This document shows positions 1 through 7,426 of a stretch of 64,000 bases of DNA, piece by piece. The notes beneath the pieces were generated by a model. It made no database searches and was not told the origin of the DNA. It saw only the letters and a program-made list of their open reading frames with translations. Numbering within the stretch: position 1 is the first letter of the stretch; the number at the start of each line of letters is the position of its first letter. The stretch spans positions 2,816,001 through 2,880,000 of the forward strand of contig OZ250172.1 of assembly GCA_965237905.1 (NCBI GenBank), read 5' to 3'. The position numbers were made by a program, and so were the translations under genes. The DNA comes from Nitrospinaceae bacterium. GTDB taxonomy: Bacteria; Nitrospinota; Nitrospinia; Nitrospinales; Nitrospinaceae.

Positions 1-53
1 GTCGCCACTTGCTTCCACTTGTCGTTCAATTCTACTTTGCGTTTGTTCTTCAT
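1..53 (-). CDS. N-terminal fragment of an unidentified protein running off the window edge (MKNKRKVELNDKWKQVA...)
   Basis: ATG at 53 on the minus strand, preceded by a GGGG SD-like motif; frame open to the window end; lies downstream of alaS. Confidence 0.5.
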   Translation of the reverse strand, partial: MKNKRKVELNDKWKQVA

Positions 54-193
54 AATCCCCCGTTTTATTCACTTACGCCTGACGAGTTGGACTCTGAAGG
101 CAAGTGAGCATTTTATAAGTATGCCCAAGAGTATATGAGACAGGAAAAGAAGGCAATCACAAATCGCCGGGGCCTCGGGAATTCAGCCCTTTG

Positions 194-2830
194 TTACTTC
201 AGCAGGGAGGGGACCATCCCCAGCGCTTCGTCCAGTTTTTCCGGTTTGGAACCTCCCGCCTGCGCCATATCCGGCCGCCCGCCGCCGTTTCCGCCCACGA
301 TTTCGGCTACTTTTTTCAGGATGTTCCCGGCATGGTAACGGTCCATCAGGTCCTTCGTCACCCCGGCGGCGAGGAACACTTTGCCGTTATCCGCCGCCCC
401 CGCCACCACCACAACCGATTTCAACTGATTCTTGGCATTGTCGATAAACGTTCGCAGGGTCTTGGCATCCACGCCTTCCAGCTTTTTGACCAGCAGGGAG
501 ACGTCTCCGATTTTCTGCACTTCATCCTCCAGGCTGGAGCCATTGGCTTTACCGCTCACCATTTTTTCCTTGAGCGAGGCGACCTGCTTCTCCAGCTCTT
601 TGTTCTTCTCGATGAGTTTCTGGAGCTTCTTCAATTCTTCATCCGGCTGCGCCTTGATGAGTGAACGGATGCCCGACAGGTTATCGAATTCCTTCTGAAT
701 CCGCTCAAACGCGCGCGGGCCCGTTACTGCTTCGATGCGCCGCACGCCGGACGCGATACCCGTTTCCTGTGTGATCTTGAGGAAGCCGATGTTGCCCGTC
801 GCGGACACATGCGTGCCGCCGCACAACTCCTTGCTGAAGCCGGGCACGGAAACCACCCGCACATGGTCGCCGTACTTCTCGCCGAACAGGGCGACCGCGC
901 CTTTCTCCAGCGCGGTTTCGATATCCATCTCCTCAGTATCCACCGCAATGTTCTCGCGGATCTTTTCGTTGACCAGCGCCTCGATGCGCGCCCGTTCGTT
1001 ATCGGTCAGCGGAGAGAAATGCGTGTAGTCGAACCGCAACCGGTCCGGTCCCACCAGCGATCCCCCCTGCTTGACGTGCCCGCCCAGCACTTCCTTCAGC
1101 GCGGCATGCAGAAGATGCGTCGCGGAATGGTTGAGTGCGGTGTCGTTGCGTTTCATTGCATCCACTTCCAGCGTCAACGCATCGCCGCCCGTCACCGTGC
1201 CTTGCACGACTTTGGCGTGATGCACAATCAGGTCGGGCAGGGGTTTGGTCGTGTTGATGATATCGAGTAAAGCGTGATCGTTGTAGGCTCGCCCGACGTC
1301 GCCGACCTGTCCGCCGGACTCGCCATAAAACGGGGTCTGGTCCACCAACAGGTCGCATTCCTCTCCTGCCTTCACGGTTTGTACGCTCTTATTGTCTTTG
1401 ATGAGCGTGACCACTTTGCCCTCGCCATGCGTATTGCCGTAGCCGGTAAATTGGGTTGCGCCGTTTTTCTGGAGCGTTTCATTGAACACCGGAGAGACGG
1501 CGCTTTCGCCCGATCCCTTCCACGAGGCCATGGCTTTTTCCTTCTGCGCTTGCATGGCTTTGTTGAATCCGTCCCTATCGAGCGTGTATCCCGTGTCCTT
1601 TGCCGTTTCTTCCACGAGGTCGACGGGAAAGCCGAACGTGTCGTACAGTTTGAAAATCTCTTCGCCGGGGATGGTGGTCGATTTCGCCTGCTTCATCTTG
1701 TCGAGAATTTCGTCCAGCCTCTGCGTGCCGATGGTGAGCGTCGTGTTGAAATTGTCTTCCTCATTGGTGACCACCTTCTGGATGAAATCGTGGTTCACCG
1801 ACAGGTCGGGGTACACGTCCTGAAACTTGGCGATCACGTCCTCGGTAATATGATGAAAGAACGGGTCCTTTTGCTCCAGCAGTTTGCCGTGGCGCAACGC
1901 CCGCCGCATGATCCGCCGCAGGACGTAACCGCGTCCCTCGTTGGAAGGCAAAACGCCGTCACTAATAAGGAACGTACTCGCGCGTGCGTGGTCGGCGATG
2001 ACCCGCAGTGAAACATCGGTCTCGGGATTCTGATTGTGCTGCTTGCCGGTGATCTTGCCGACGTGCTCGATGATGCTCATCAAAAGGTCGGAACCGTAGT
2101 TGCTCGGCTGGCCCTGCACCACCGCAGCGAGCCGTTCCAGTCCCATGCCGGTATCGATGCACGGATTGGGCAGGGGCGTCATCTTGCCGGCTTCGTCCCT
2201 GTCATACTGCATGAACACCAGGTTCCACACTTCGAGATAGCGGTCGCAGTCGCACCCGACCGTGCAGGTCGGCTTGCCGCATCCCAGCGCCTCGCCCTGG
2301 TCCACGAAAATTTCCGAACAGGGGCCGCACGGACCGGTAGGGCCCATGGCCCAGAAATTATCCTCGTCGCCGAACCGGAAAATCCGGTCGTCGGTCAGCT
2401 TGATTTCCTTTTTCCACAGCTCGAACGCCTCGTCGTCGTCCTTGTATACCGAGGCGTACAGCTTGTCGGCGGGGATTTTCATCTCCTTCGTCAGGAAATC
2501 CCAGGCGTAGATGATGGCGTCCTTCTTGAAATAGTCGCCGAACGAGAAATTGCCCAGCATCTCGAAAAAGGTGTGATGACGCGCGGTGCGCCCGACCTGC
2601 TCGAGGTCGTTGTGCTTGCCCCCGGCGCGCACGCATTTCTGGGACGAGGCGGCGCGGGTGTAGTCGCGCTTCTCCTGCCCGAGGAACACGTTCTTGAACT
2701 GCACCATCCCCGCGTTGGTGAACAGCAGGGTCGGGTCGTTCTTCGGCACCAGCGAATCGCTCGGCACCACCGTGTGGCCGCGTTCCGCGAAAAAGTCCAG
2801 AAATCGTTTGCGTATTTCGTTACCGGTCAT
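194..2830 (-). CDS. alaS: Alanine--tRNA ligase
   Basis: 878 aa; LLFTNAGMVQFK, RHHTFFEMLGNFSFGDYFK, editing HxxxH (NHSATHLLH) and ELCGGTHV, C-terminal GGGRPDMAQAGG. Confidence 0.99.
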   Translation of the reverse strand: MTGNEIRKRFLDFFAERGHTVVPSDSLVPKNDPTLLFTNAGMVQFKNVFLGQEKRDYTRAASSQKCVRAGGKHNDLEQVGRTARHHTFFEMLGNFSFGDYFKKDAIIYAWDFLTKEMKIPADKLYASVYKDDDEAFELWKKEIKLTDDRIFRFGDEDNFWAMGPTGPCGPCSEIFVDQGEALGCGKPTCTVGCDCDRYLEVWNLVFMQYDRDEAGKMTPLPNPCIDTGMGLERLAAVVQGQPSNYGSDLLMSIIEHVGKITGKQHNQNPETDVSLRVIADHARASTFLISDGVLPSNEGRGYVLRRIMRRALRHGKLLEQKDPFFHHITEDVIAKFQDVYPDLSVNHDFIQKVVTNEEDNFNTTLTIGTQRLDEILDKMKQAKSTTIPGEEIFKLYDTFGFPVDLVEETAKDTGYTLDRDGFNKAMQAQKEKAMASWKGSGESAVSPVFNETLQKNGATQFTGYGNTHGEGKVVTLIKDNKSVQTVKAGEECDLLVDQTPFYGESGGQVGDVGRAYNDHALLDIINTTKPLPDLIVHHAKVVQGTVTGGDALTLEVDAMKRNDTALNHSATHLLHAALKEVLGGHVKQGGSLVGPDRLRFDYTHFSPLTDNERARIEALVNEKIRENIAVDTEEMDIETALEKGAVALFGEKYGDHVRVVSVPGFSKELCGGTHVSATGNIGFLKITQETGIASGVRRIEAVTGPRAFERIQKEFDNLSGIRSLIKAQPDEELKKLQKLIEKNKELEKQVASLKEKMVSGKANGSSLEDEVQKIGDVSLLVKKLEGVDAKTLRTFIDNAKNQLKSVVVVAGAADNGKVFLAAGVTKDLMDRYHAGNILKKVAEIVGGNGGGRPDMAQAGGSKPEKLDEALGMVPSLLK

Positions 2831-2917
2831 AAGCGCTCAATTATATACCAATCCCTCGCTGTTTGGATGGGGGATTTGTATTAAAAGATTCAGTAAGTTG
2901 GGCGAGAATGTCCCGGC

Positions 2918-2946
2918 TCCCCCTTGTAAAGGGGGATGGGGGGATT
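2918..2946. repeat. REP-like hairpin CCCCCTT-gta-AAGGGGG followed by ATGGGGGGAT
   Basis: Perfect inverted repeat in the alaS/antitoxin intergenic region; related purine/pyrimidine hairpins near 7299-7320 and 60385-60404. Confidence 0.6.
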
Positions 2947-2962
2947 TTTCCTCTTTTGAATA

Positions 2963-2994
2963 TGTTATAATGATTTGCAATAGGAGTGATTGCA
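2963..2994 (+). promoter_or_regulatory. Extended -10 promoter (TGnTATAAT) and TGCAAT-N7-ATTGCA inverted repeat around the SD of the TA operon
   Basis: TGTTATAAT at 2963-2971; TGCAAT 2976-2981 and ATTGCA 2989-2994 flank AGGAG. Confidence 0.6.
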
Positions 2995-2995
2995 T

Positions 2996-3241
2996 ATGAC
3001 TGAATCCAGTGGAAATGTCACCGTACGCCTGGCGGGAGAAACCCGCAAAAAACTCGACCATATAGCGACGGACCTCGACCGGTCCCGTAATTGGCTGATC
3101 AACGAGGCCATTGAAAACTATCTGGACGTGTACGAGTGGCAGGAACAAAAAATCCGCGAACGCCTCAAAAAATCCGAGAAAAAGGGAAAGTTCCGCACCG
3201 CGAAGCAGGTGAGCAAGGTCGTTGATTCCTTCAAGCCATGA
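2996..3241 (+). CDS. CopG/ribbon-helix-helix antitoxin
   Basis: VTVRL...KLDHIA...DRSRNWLINEAIENYL RHH pattern; SD AGGAG upstream; overlaps the toxin start (ATGA). Confidence 0.88.
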   Translation: MTESSGNVTVRLAGETRKKLDHIATDLDRSRNWLINEAIENYLDVYEWQEQKIRERLKKSEKKGKFRTAKQVSKVVDSFKP

Positions 3242-3525
3242 TGGACGTGGTCTGGCTTGAGGATGCGGTCAACGATCTGAAAATGATCGGTGATTACATC
3301 GCGGAAGAAAATAAAGAGGCCGCCTATCGGGTGTTGACCCAGATCCAGGCCGCGGCGGATTCCCTTGCGCGCCATCCGGAGATAGGGCGGCCCGGTCGGG
3401 TCGAAAAGACCCGCGAGCTGGTCATTTCCGGATTGCCCTACATCCTTCCCTACACCATCAAAAAGAACGAAGTCCGCATTTTGGCCGTACTGCACACCGC
3501 CCGCAAATGGCCGGGTGATTTCTAG
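3238..3525 (+). CDS. RelE/ParE family type II toxin
   Basis: 95 aa; A.DL..I.DYIA.EN..AA, HPEIGRPG, TRELV, V.ILAVLH. Confidence 0.92.
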   Translation: MMDVVWLEDAVNDLKMIGDYIAEENKEAAYRVLTQIQAAADSLARHPEIGRPGRVEKTRELVISGLPYILPYTIKKNEVRILAVLHTARKWPGDF

Positions 3526-3612
3526 AACTAAACTTAAATTACTTGGCTGGCGAAAGTGATTGTTCAAACGCGTCCTAATGCCCCAGCGAAATTAGCTCCG
3601 GCGCTTCGCCGG

Positions 3613-4620
3613 TTAAGCTATTCCTGAACGCAACAGGTCGTGGAGGTGGATCATGCCGTCGATCTGTTTGCCGTCGTCGGACACGGCGATACAGGTGATG
3701 GAATACTCCTCCATAATCTGTAAAGCCTTGGTGGCCATATCGTCCTTCTGCACCGTCTTGGGATTGGCGGACATCAGATCGGTCGCTTTGATCGTGCCGA
3801 TGTCGCGCTTCGATTCCATCAACCGGCGCAGGTCGCCGTCGGTGATGACGCCCTTCATCTGCCCCTTGCCATTCACCACCAGCGTGGTACCCAGCCGCTT
3901 GCGGCTCATTTCCGTCAGCACCGCGTAGATATCGGCCGATTCCGGCACCGTGGGAATGGTGTCGCCGGCGTGCATCACATCGGCCACCGTGACCAGCAGT
4001 TTGCGTCCCAGGCTCCCGCCGGGGTGGTTGAGGGCGAAATCGTCCTCCTTGAAGCCGCGTTTTTCGAGTAACCCCATGGCCAGCGTATCGCCCATCGCCA
4101 TCGTCGCCGTGGTGCTGGCGGTGGGGACCAGGTTCAGCGCGCACGCCTCTTCCTTGACAGCGATGTTCAGCACATAATGCGCGCGCTTGGCGAGGGTGGA
4201 GTCCGGGTTGCCCGTCATCGCCACCAGCGTGCATTTGCGGCGGTTGATGACCGGCAGAAGCCGCACCATTTCCTCCGTCTCGCCGCTGTTGGAGATGGCG
4301 AGGATGATATCCTCCTTGCCGATAATGCCGAGGTCGCCGTGGCTGGCCTCCGCCGCATGGACGAACACCGCCGACAGGCCGATGCTGGAGAAAGTCGCGG
4401 CGATTTTCTGTCCGACGAGGCCCGACTTGCCGATGCCCAGCACCACCAGGTGGCCGGGGCAGTCGTCCAGCAGGGACACCACATCGACAAAGGTCGAGTC
4501 GATGCGGTCCATCAGGTCGGCGACCGATTCGCTTTCGATGCGCAACACGCGCTTGCCCGCCGCGATGATTTTCTGTTGCAGTTCCGGCGCCACCGGCGAG
4601 GATTTCTTCAAGGGTTGCAT
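3613..4620 (-). CDS. kdsD: Arabinose-5-phosphate isomerase (KpsF/GutQ family, SIS plus 2 CBS domains)
   Basis: GIGKSG, EASHGDLG, SNSGETEE, PTASTT, HPGGSLG, C-terminal CBS pair ending HLHDLL. Confidence 0.95.
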   Translation of the reverse strand: MQPLKKSSPVAPELQQKIIAAGKRVLRIESESVADLMDRIDSTFVDVVSLLDDCPGHLVVLGIGKSGLVGQKIAATFSSIGLSAVFVHAAEASHGDLGIIGKEDIILAISNSGETEEMVRLLPVINRRKCTLVAMTGNPDSTLAKRAHYVLNIAVKEEACALNLVPTASTTATMAMGDTLAMGLLEKRGFKEDDFALNHPGGSLGRKLLVTVADVMHAGDTIPTVPESADIYAVLTEMSRKRLGTTLVVNGKGQMKGVITDGDLRRLMESKRDIGTIKATDLMSANPKTVQKDDMATKALQIMEEYSITCIAVSDDGKQIDGMIHLHDLLRSGIA

Positions 4621-4689
4621 TTTTGCGGGAGGCCTTTGTTTCTAAACGGTTAAATCGTGCCTACGTTTTAAAAAGATTACCATACTTGC

Positions 4690-4787
4690 CCCCCGTTTGT
4701 CACCCTGAGCCTGTCGAAGGGCGACAAACGGGGGATTTGGGTCACCCTGAGCCGATTAGCCTGTCCTAAGCTTGCCGAAGGAAAGGG
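4690..4787. repeat. Cluster of nested REP-like elements (GTCACCCTGAGC...GTCGAAGGG family)
   Basis: Hairpin CCCCCGTTTGTC...GACAAACGGGGG at 4690-4734 encloses GTCACCCTGAGCCTGTCGAAGGG; a second copy at 4741 is interrupted by GCCTGTCCTAAGCTTGCCGAAGG. Confidence 0.75.
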
Positions 4788-4800
4788 AGACAAGAATGAA

Positions 4801-4832
4801 TTAACCACAGATAAACACAGATGGGCGCAGAT
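4801..4832 (+). repeat. Solo copy of the TTAACCACAGAT(A/G)AACACAGAT 10-bp-periodic repeat
   Basis: TTAACCACAGATAAACACAGATGGGCGCAGAT; matches 7220-7251 and the reverse complement of 7334-7365. Confidence 0.8.
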
Positions 4833-4932
4833 AATTGGATGGTCTCCCCATACCGAATCCGGTAAACTTTCAGAGTATTAGGAATGAAAGTCTCACTTTT
4901 TGGGGTGGATTAAAAGTATCATTTAGGTGTTA

Positions 4933-4962
4933 AGTGTTCGCTATCGACCCAAAGCGGACGTT
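4933..4962. repeat. Putative cassette recombination site 1 (GTTCGCTAT-CGACCC-AAAGCGGAC)
   Basis: Imperfect 9-bp inverted arms around a 6-bp asymmetric core; related sites at 5428-5471 and 6697-6726. Confidence 0.7.
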
Positions 4963-5025
4963 GGTGGGTTGCGAGGAATTGAAAGATATGCAGAATAGTT
5001 CCCTAATAAATTATGTGGCCAAGAC

Positions 5026-5427
5026 ATGAAAAGGAATATGAAAGTAGGTGATAAAGCTTCTTTGAGTAAGGTATTTACTGAGGAGATGGTTATCCAATAT
5101 TCTAAAATTTCAACGGATACCAACCCTATTCACTTGGACGAGAGCTATGCTTCGTCTACTATTTTTGGAAAGCGAATCGTGCATGGAATGTTGGTTGCCA
5201 GTATGTTCTCTGCGCTTATCGGGGTTGAGCTTCCTGGAAAGGGTTCCATATATTTAGGACAAAGTTTGAGTTTTAAAGCACCCGTTTCAATCGGGGATCA
5301 AGTAACGGCGTCAGTCGAAATAGTTGGAATCCGGGATGACAAGCCAATCATCACATTGCGTACTATTTGCATTAACAATGAAAGACAGGTGTTAATCGAG
5401 GGTGAGGCTGTCGTAAAGTATATGTGA
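5026..5427 (+). CDS. MaoC/PhaJ-like (R)-specific enoyl-CoA hydratase (hotdog fold)
   Basis: D.NPIHLD..YA....FG.RIVHGML, LPG.GSIYLGQSLSF.APV.IGD; start could be the ATG at 5038. Confidence 0.92.
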   Translation: MKRNMKVGDKASLSKVFTEEMVIQYSKISTDTNPIHLDESYASSTIFGKRIVHGMLVASMFSALIGVELPGKGSIYLGQSLSFKAPVSIGDQVTASVEIVGIRDDKPIITLRTICINNERQVLIEGEAVVKYM

Positions 5428-5471
5428 AACGACCGCTTTTGGCCGACTGCTGACGACCCAAAGCGGGCATT
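5428..5471. repeat. Putative cassette recombination site 2 (composite/double site)
   Basis: AAC-GACCGCTTT-TGGCCG-ACTGCTGAC overlapping CGACCC-AAAGCGGGC-ATT; begins immediately after the MaoC stop codon. Confidence 0.7.
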
Positions 5472-5486
5472 CTGGAAGAAGATCTA

Positions 5487-6638
5487 ATGACTCTGATATC
5501 TCAGTTTAAATACAAAAACACCGATGCGATTTTTATGTTTGCAGATGGCTTGATTTCATCCGACGCACCTGAAGAAGGGAACTTCATAATGCCAGGTGTA
5601 GGTCGCGTAGGACGCCCACAAACAATACACAAACTATATCTGCACTCCATGGAACAAAAACTAAATGTTCTGGGAAAGGACTTGGCGTACTCATATGCAG
5701 GATCGTACGACTTGGGTGCAAGGTTTGGTAACGATCTACATACGCTGTACACAGATCCTGAATTCAACTTCGAGAAGCTAGTGGAGTTTTGTGACTCATG
5801 GAGCGAGGCTCTTACTGACGAAGAGAAACATGAGGTCGCGCTCTTATGTACTTATCACGATGACGATGAGTACAGGACGTGGAACTATGAAATGAAGAAT
5901 GCTGATGGGTATAAGCATTACTCTCTGCTTCGTATTGAAGGTTCAGGGATTAAAAACTTCCAAAAAGTTGTGGACGAAGATAGCAACGTTATCGAAAACG
6001 ACGATCATGCTTTTGGTCATGCAATGAATTTGGTTAACAAGTTCTATCACGACGACCTTTTTGTACAGAGCAACTACAATCAATCGTTTGGAGGGTTTTA
6101 CGAGCTAGCCACATGCTCCCAAGAGGGAATAGAGAAAGTTACGGATATATTTGTCTCTACAATTCACATCGACGCACGACGCTTAGCCGATGGCTTCGCT
6201 ATTCCTATCACTTTTCTCAAACAGGATCATATCGATAACGTGACTGTATTACGCGATCTAAAGAAGGTTAACGAGTCGTTACCTGATGGCACTGACATGA
6301 GGGCCAGTGGACATATCTATTTACCGACAATCGATGCGTTTAAAGAAAAAGCGGTAGAAACTGCGCAGAAGATATTAAGCGAGGGTCAGTTTTATAACTC
6401 AGAGTTAATTGGTGACCTTAAAGCTAAACATACGCTGATTATGTTGGAGTTAGTCGATGAAACTCACGTACTCAAAATACCTCTCTACTATCGTAGAGCT
6501 AACCGCAATACGCCCATGGCTGTTACCAACGTAGATGGAGAGATTAGTATCTTTCTAGAAACTGAACTCTTACAAACGATCGAACGTAATATAGACACTC
6601 ATATTGATAGGGAAAACAAGTGTCTTCGTGATGCTTAA
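5487..6638 (+). CDS. Hypothetical protein, probable Ntn-hydrolase (proteasome beta/HslV-like) N-terminal domain with a C-terminal extension
   Basis: 383 aa, AT-rich codon usage; N-terminal M-T-L-I, FADG.IS, QKL, YAGS, IEGSG, SFGG motifs in proteasome-like order. Confidence 0.55.
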   Translation: MTLISQFKYKNTDAIFMFADGLISSDAPEEGNFIMPGVGRVGRPQTIHKLYLHSMEQKLNVLGKDLAYSYAGSYDLGARFGNDLHTLYTDPEFNFEKLVEFCDSWSEALTDEEKHEVALLCTYHDDDEYRTWNYEMKNADGYKHYSLLRIEGSGIKNFQKVVDEDSNVIENDDHAFGHAMNLVNKFYHDDLFVQSNYNQSFGGFYELATCSQEGIEKVTDIFVSTIHIDARRLADGFAIPITFLKQDHIDNVTVLRDLKKVNESLPDGTDMRASGHIYLPTIDAFKEKAVETAQKILSEGQFYNSELIGDLKAKHTLIMLELVDETHVLKIPLYYRRANRNTPMAVTNVDGEISIFLETELLQTIERNIDTHIDRENKCLRDA

Positions 6639-6696
6639 TAGATTGGGCACCAATTCTTCCAAAAAAGTGGAGGTACCTTTCCACCCACGAGGTACT

Positions 6697-6726
6697 AACG
6701 GCTGCTTCTGGCCGAAAGCTGCCCTC
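6697..6726. repeat. Putative cassette recombination site 3 (AAC-GGCTGCTTC-TGGCCG-AAAGCTGCC)
   Basis: Same arm/core architecture as sites 1 and 2; core TGGCCG identical to that of site 2. Confidence 0.7.
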
Positions 6727-6807
6727 AGTGGTGCGAAATCCCCAAATATCAATTCAGTACGAATTTGCCCTATTATGGTATAAATGTGATTTGCAGGAGG
6801 TAAGCCA

Positions 6808-7095
6808 ATGGGTATTAAAGAAGAGTATCAGAAGGAACTGCAGGAGCAGTTGGACGAGTGGGGCAAGGAGATCGACAAGCTCAAGGCCGTGGCCGGTAAG
6901 GCAAAGACCGGTTTACAAGGCGAGTATTACAAGGAGGTCGAGGACCTTCGATGCAAGCAGCTGGCGGCTCAGAAGAAACTGCATGAGCTCAAAGAAGCCA
7001 GCGGAGACGCCTGGGAAGACCTCAAGGAAGGTGTCGAAGGGGCGTGGGATTCTCTTAGCACGGGGGTGAAAAAGGCCGCTTCCCGTTTCAAGTAG
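6808..7095 (+). CDS. Small coiled-coil protein (sll1863-like stress-response family)
   Basis: 95 aa; LDEW..EIDKLKA, KL.ELKEASGDAWEDLKEGVE.AW; SD AGGAGG upstream. Confidence 0.8.
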   Translation: MGIKEEYQKELQEQLDEWGKEIDKLKAVAGKAKTGLQGEYYKEVEDLRCKQLAAQKKLHELKEASGDAWEDLKEGVEGAWDSLSTGVKKAASRFK

Positions 7096-7219
7096 CCGGC
7101 CCTCTAGCGAGGGAGGCAGCTGGCTTACCGTTGACTGCAAGCGATGTATCTTGGGGCGCAATTGAAAGACAGGCCCGGGCGGAGTACCTCCGCTGGTTAC
7201 ATGAACTCCACAACCCAAA

Positions 7220-7365
7220 TTAACCACAGATGAACACAGATAAACACCGATGAACCCAAAGGTTGTTGCCTTGAACCAAAACCCCACCCCACCTATATCC
7301 TCCCCTCTGTAAGGGGAGGATCATTAAGCCCTTATCCGTGTCCATCTGTGTTCATCTGTGGTTAA
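7220..7365. mobile_element. MITE-like element with 32-bp terminal inverted repeats built of 10-bp subrepeats
   Basis: 7220-7251 TTAACCACAGATGAACACAGATAAACACCGAT versus the reverse complement of 7334-7365 TTAACCACAGATGAACACAGATGGACACGGAT (29/32); internal hairpin TCCTCCCCT-CTGTA-AGGGGAGGA. Confidence 0.6.
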
Positions 7366-7378
7366 ACCCTTTGTGTTC

Positions 7379-7402
7379 CCTTCGACCTTGCTCAGGGCAG
7401 GC
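7379..7402 (-). repeat. REP-like element GCCTGCCCTGAGCAAGGTCGAAGG inserted into a further GTGTTC^A.CTGTGGTTAAA repeat copy
   Basis: Removing 7379-7402 restores TGTGTTCACCTGTGGTTAAA, nearly identical to 7347-7366. Confidence 0.7.
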
Positions 7403-7426
7403 ACCTGTGGTTAAATCCTTCCTGTT

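Noticed and set aside
191..2884. Long plus-strand ORFs antisense to alaS (and similar ORFs opposite polA, leuA, gltB, dnaK and the radical SAM gene)
   Set aside because: Shadow ORFs caused by high GC3 codon bias of the real genes; no recognisable motifs
4921..4934. ATTTAGGTGTTAAG resembles the 3' end of an integron attC (GTTRRRY-like)
   Set aside because: No matching RYYYAAC inverse core or pairing arms upstream, and no intI in the window
7114..7140. GGCAGCTGG... after the 95-aa gene as a possible fourth cassette site
   Set aside because: Only the first 7 bases resemble a left arm; the core and right arm do not match
4801..7415. Repeats considered as a CRISPR array
   Set aside because: Copies are inverted or irregularly spaced, there are no unique spacers of uniform length, and no cas genes are present
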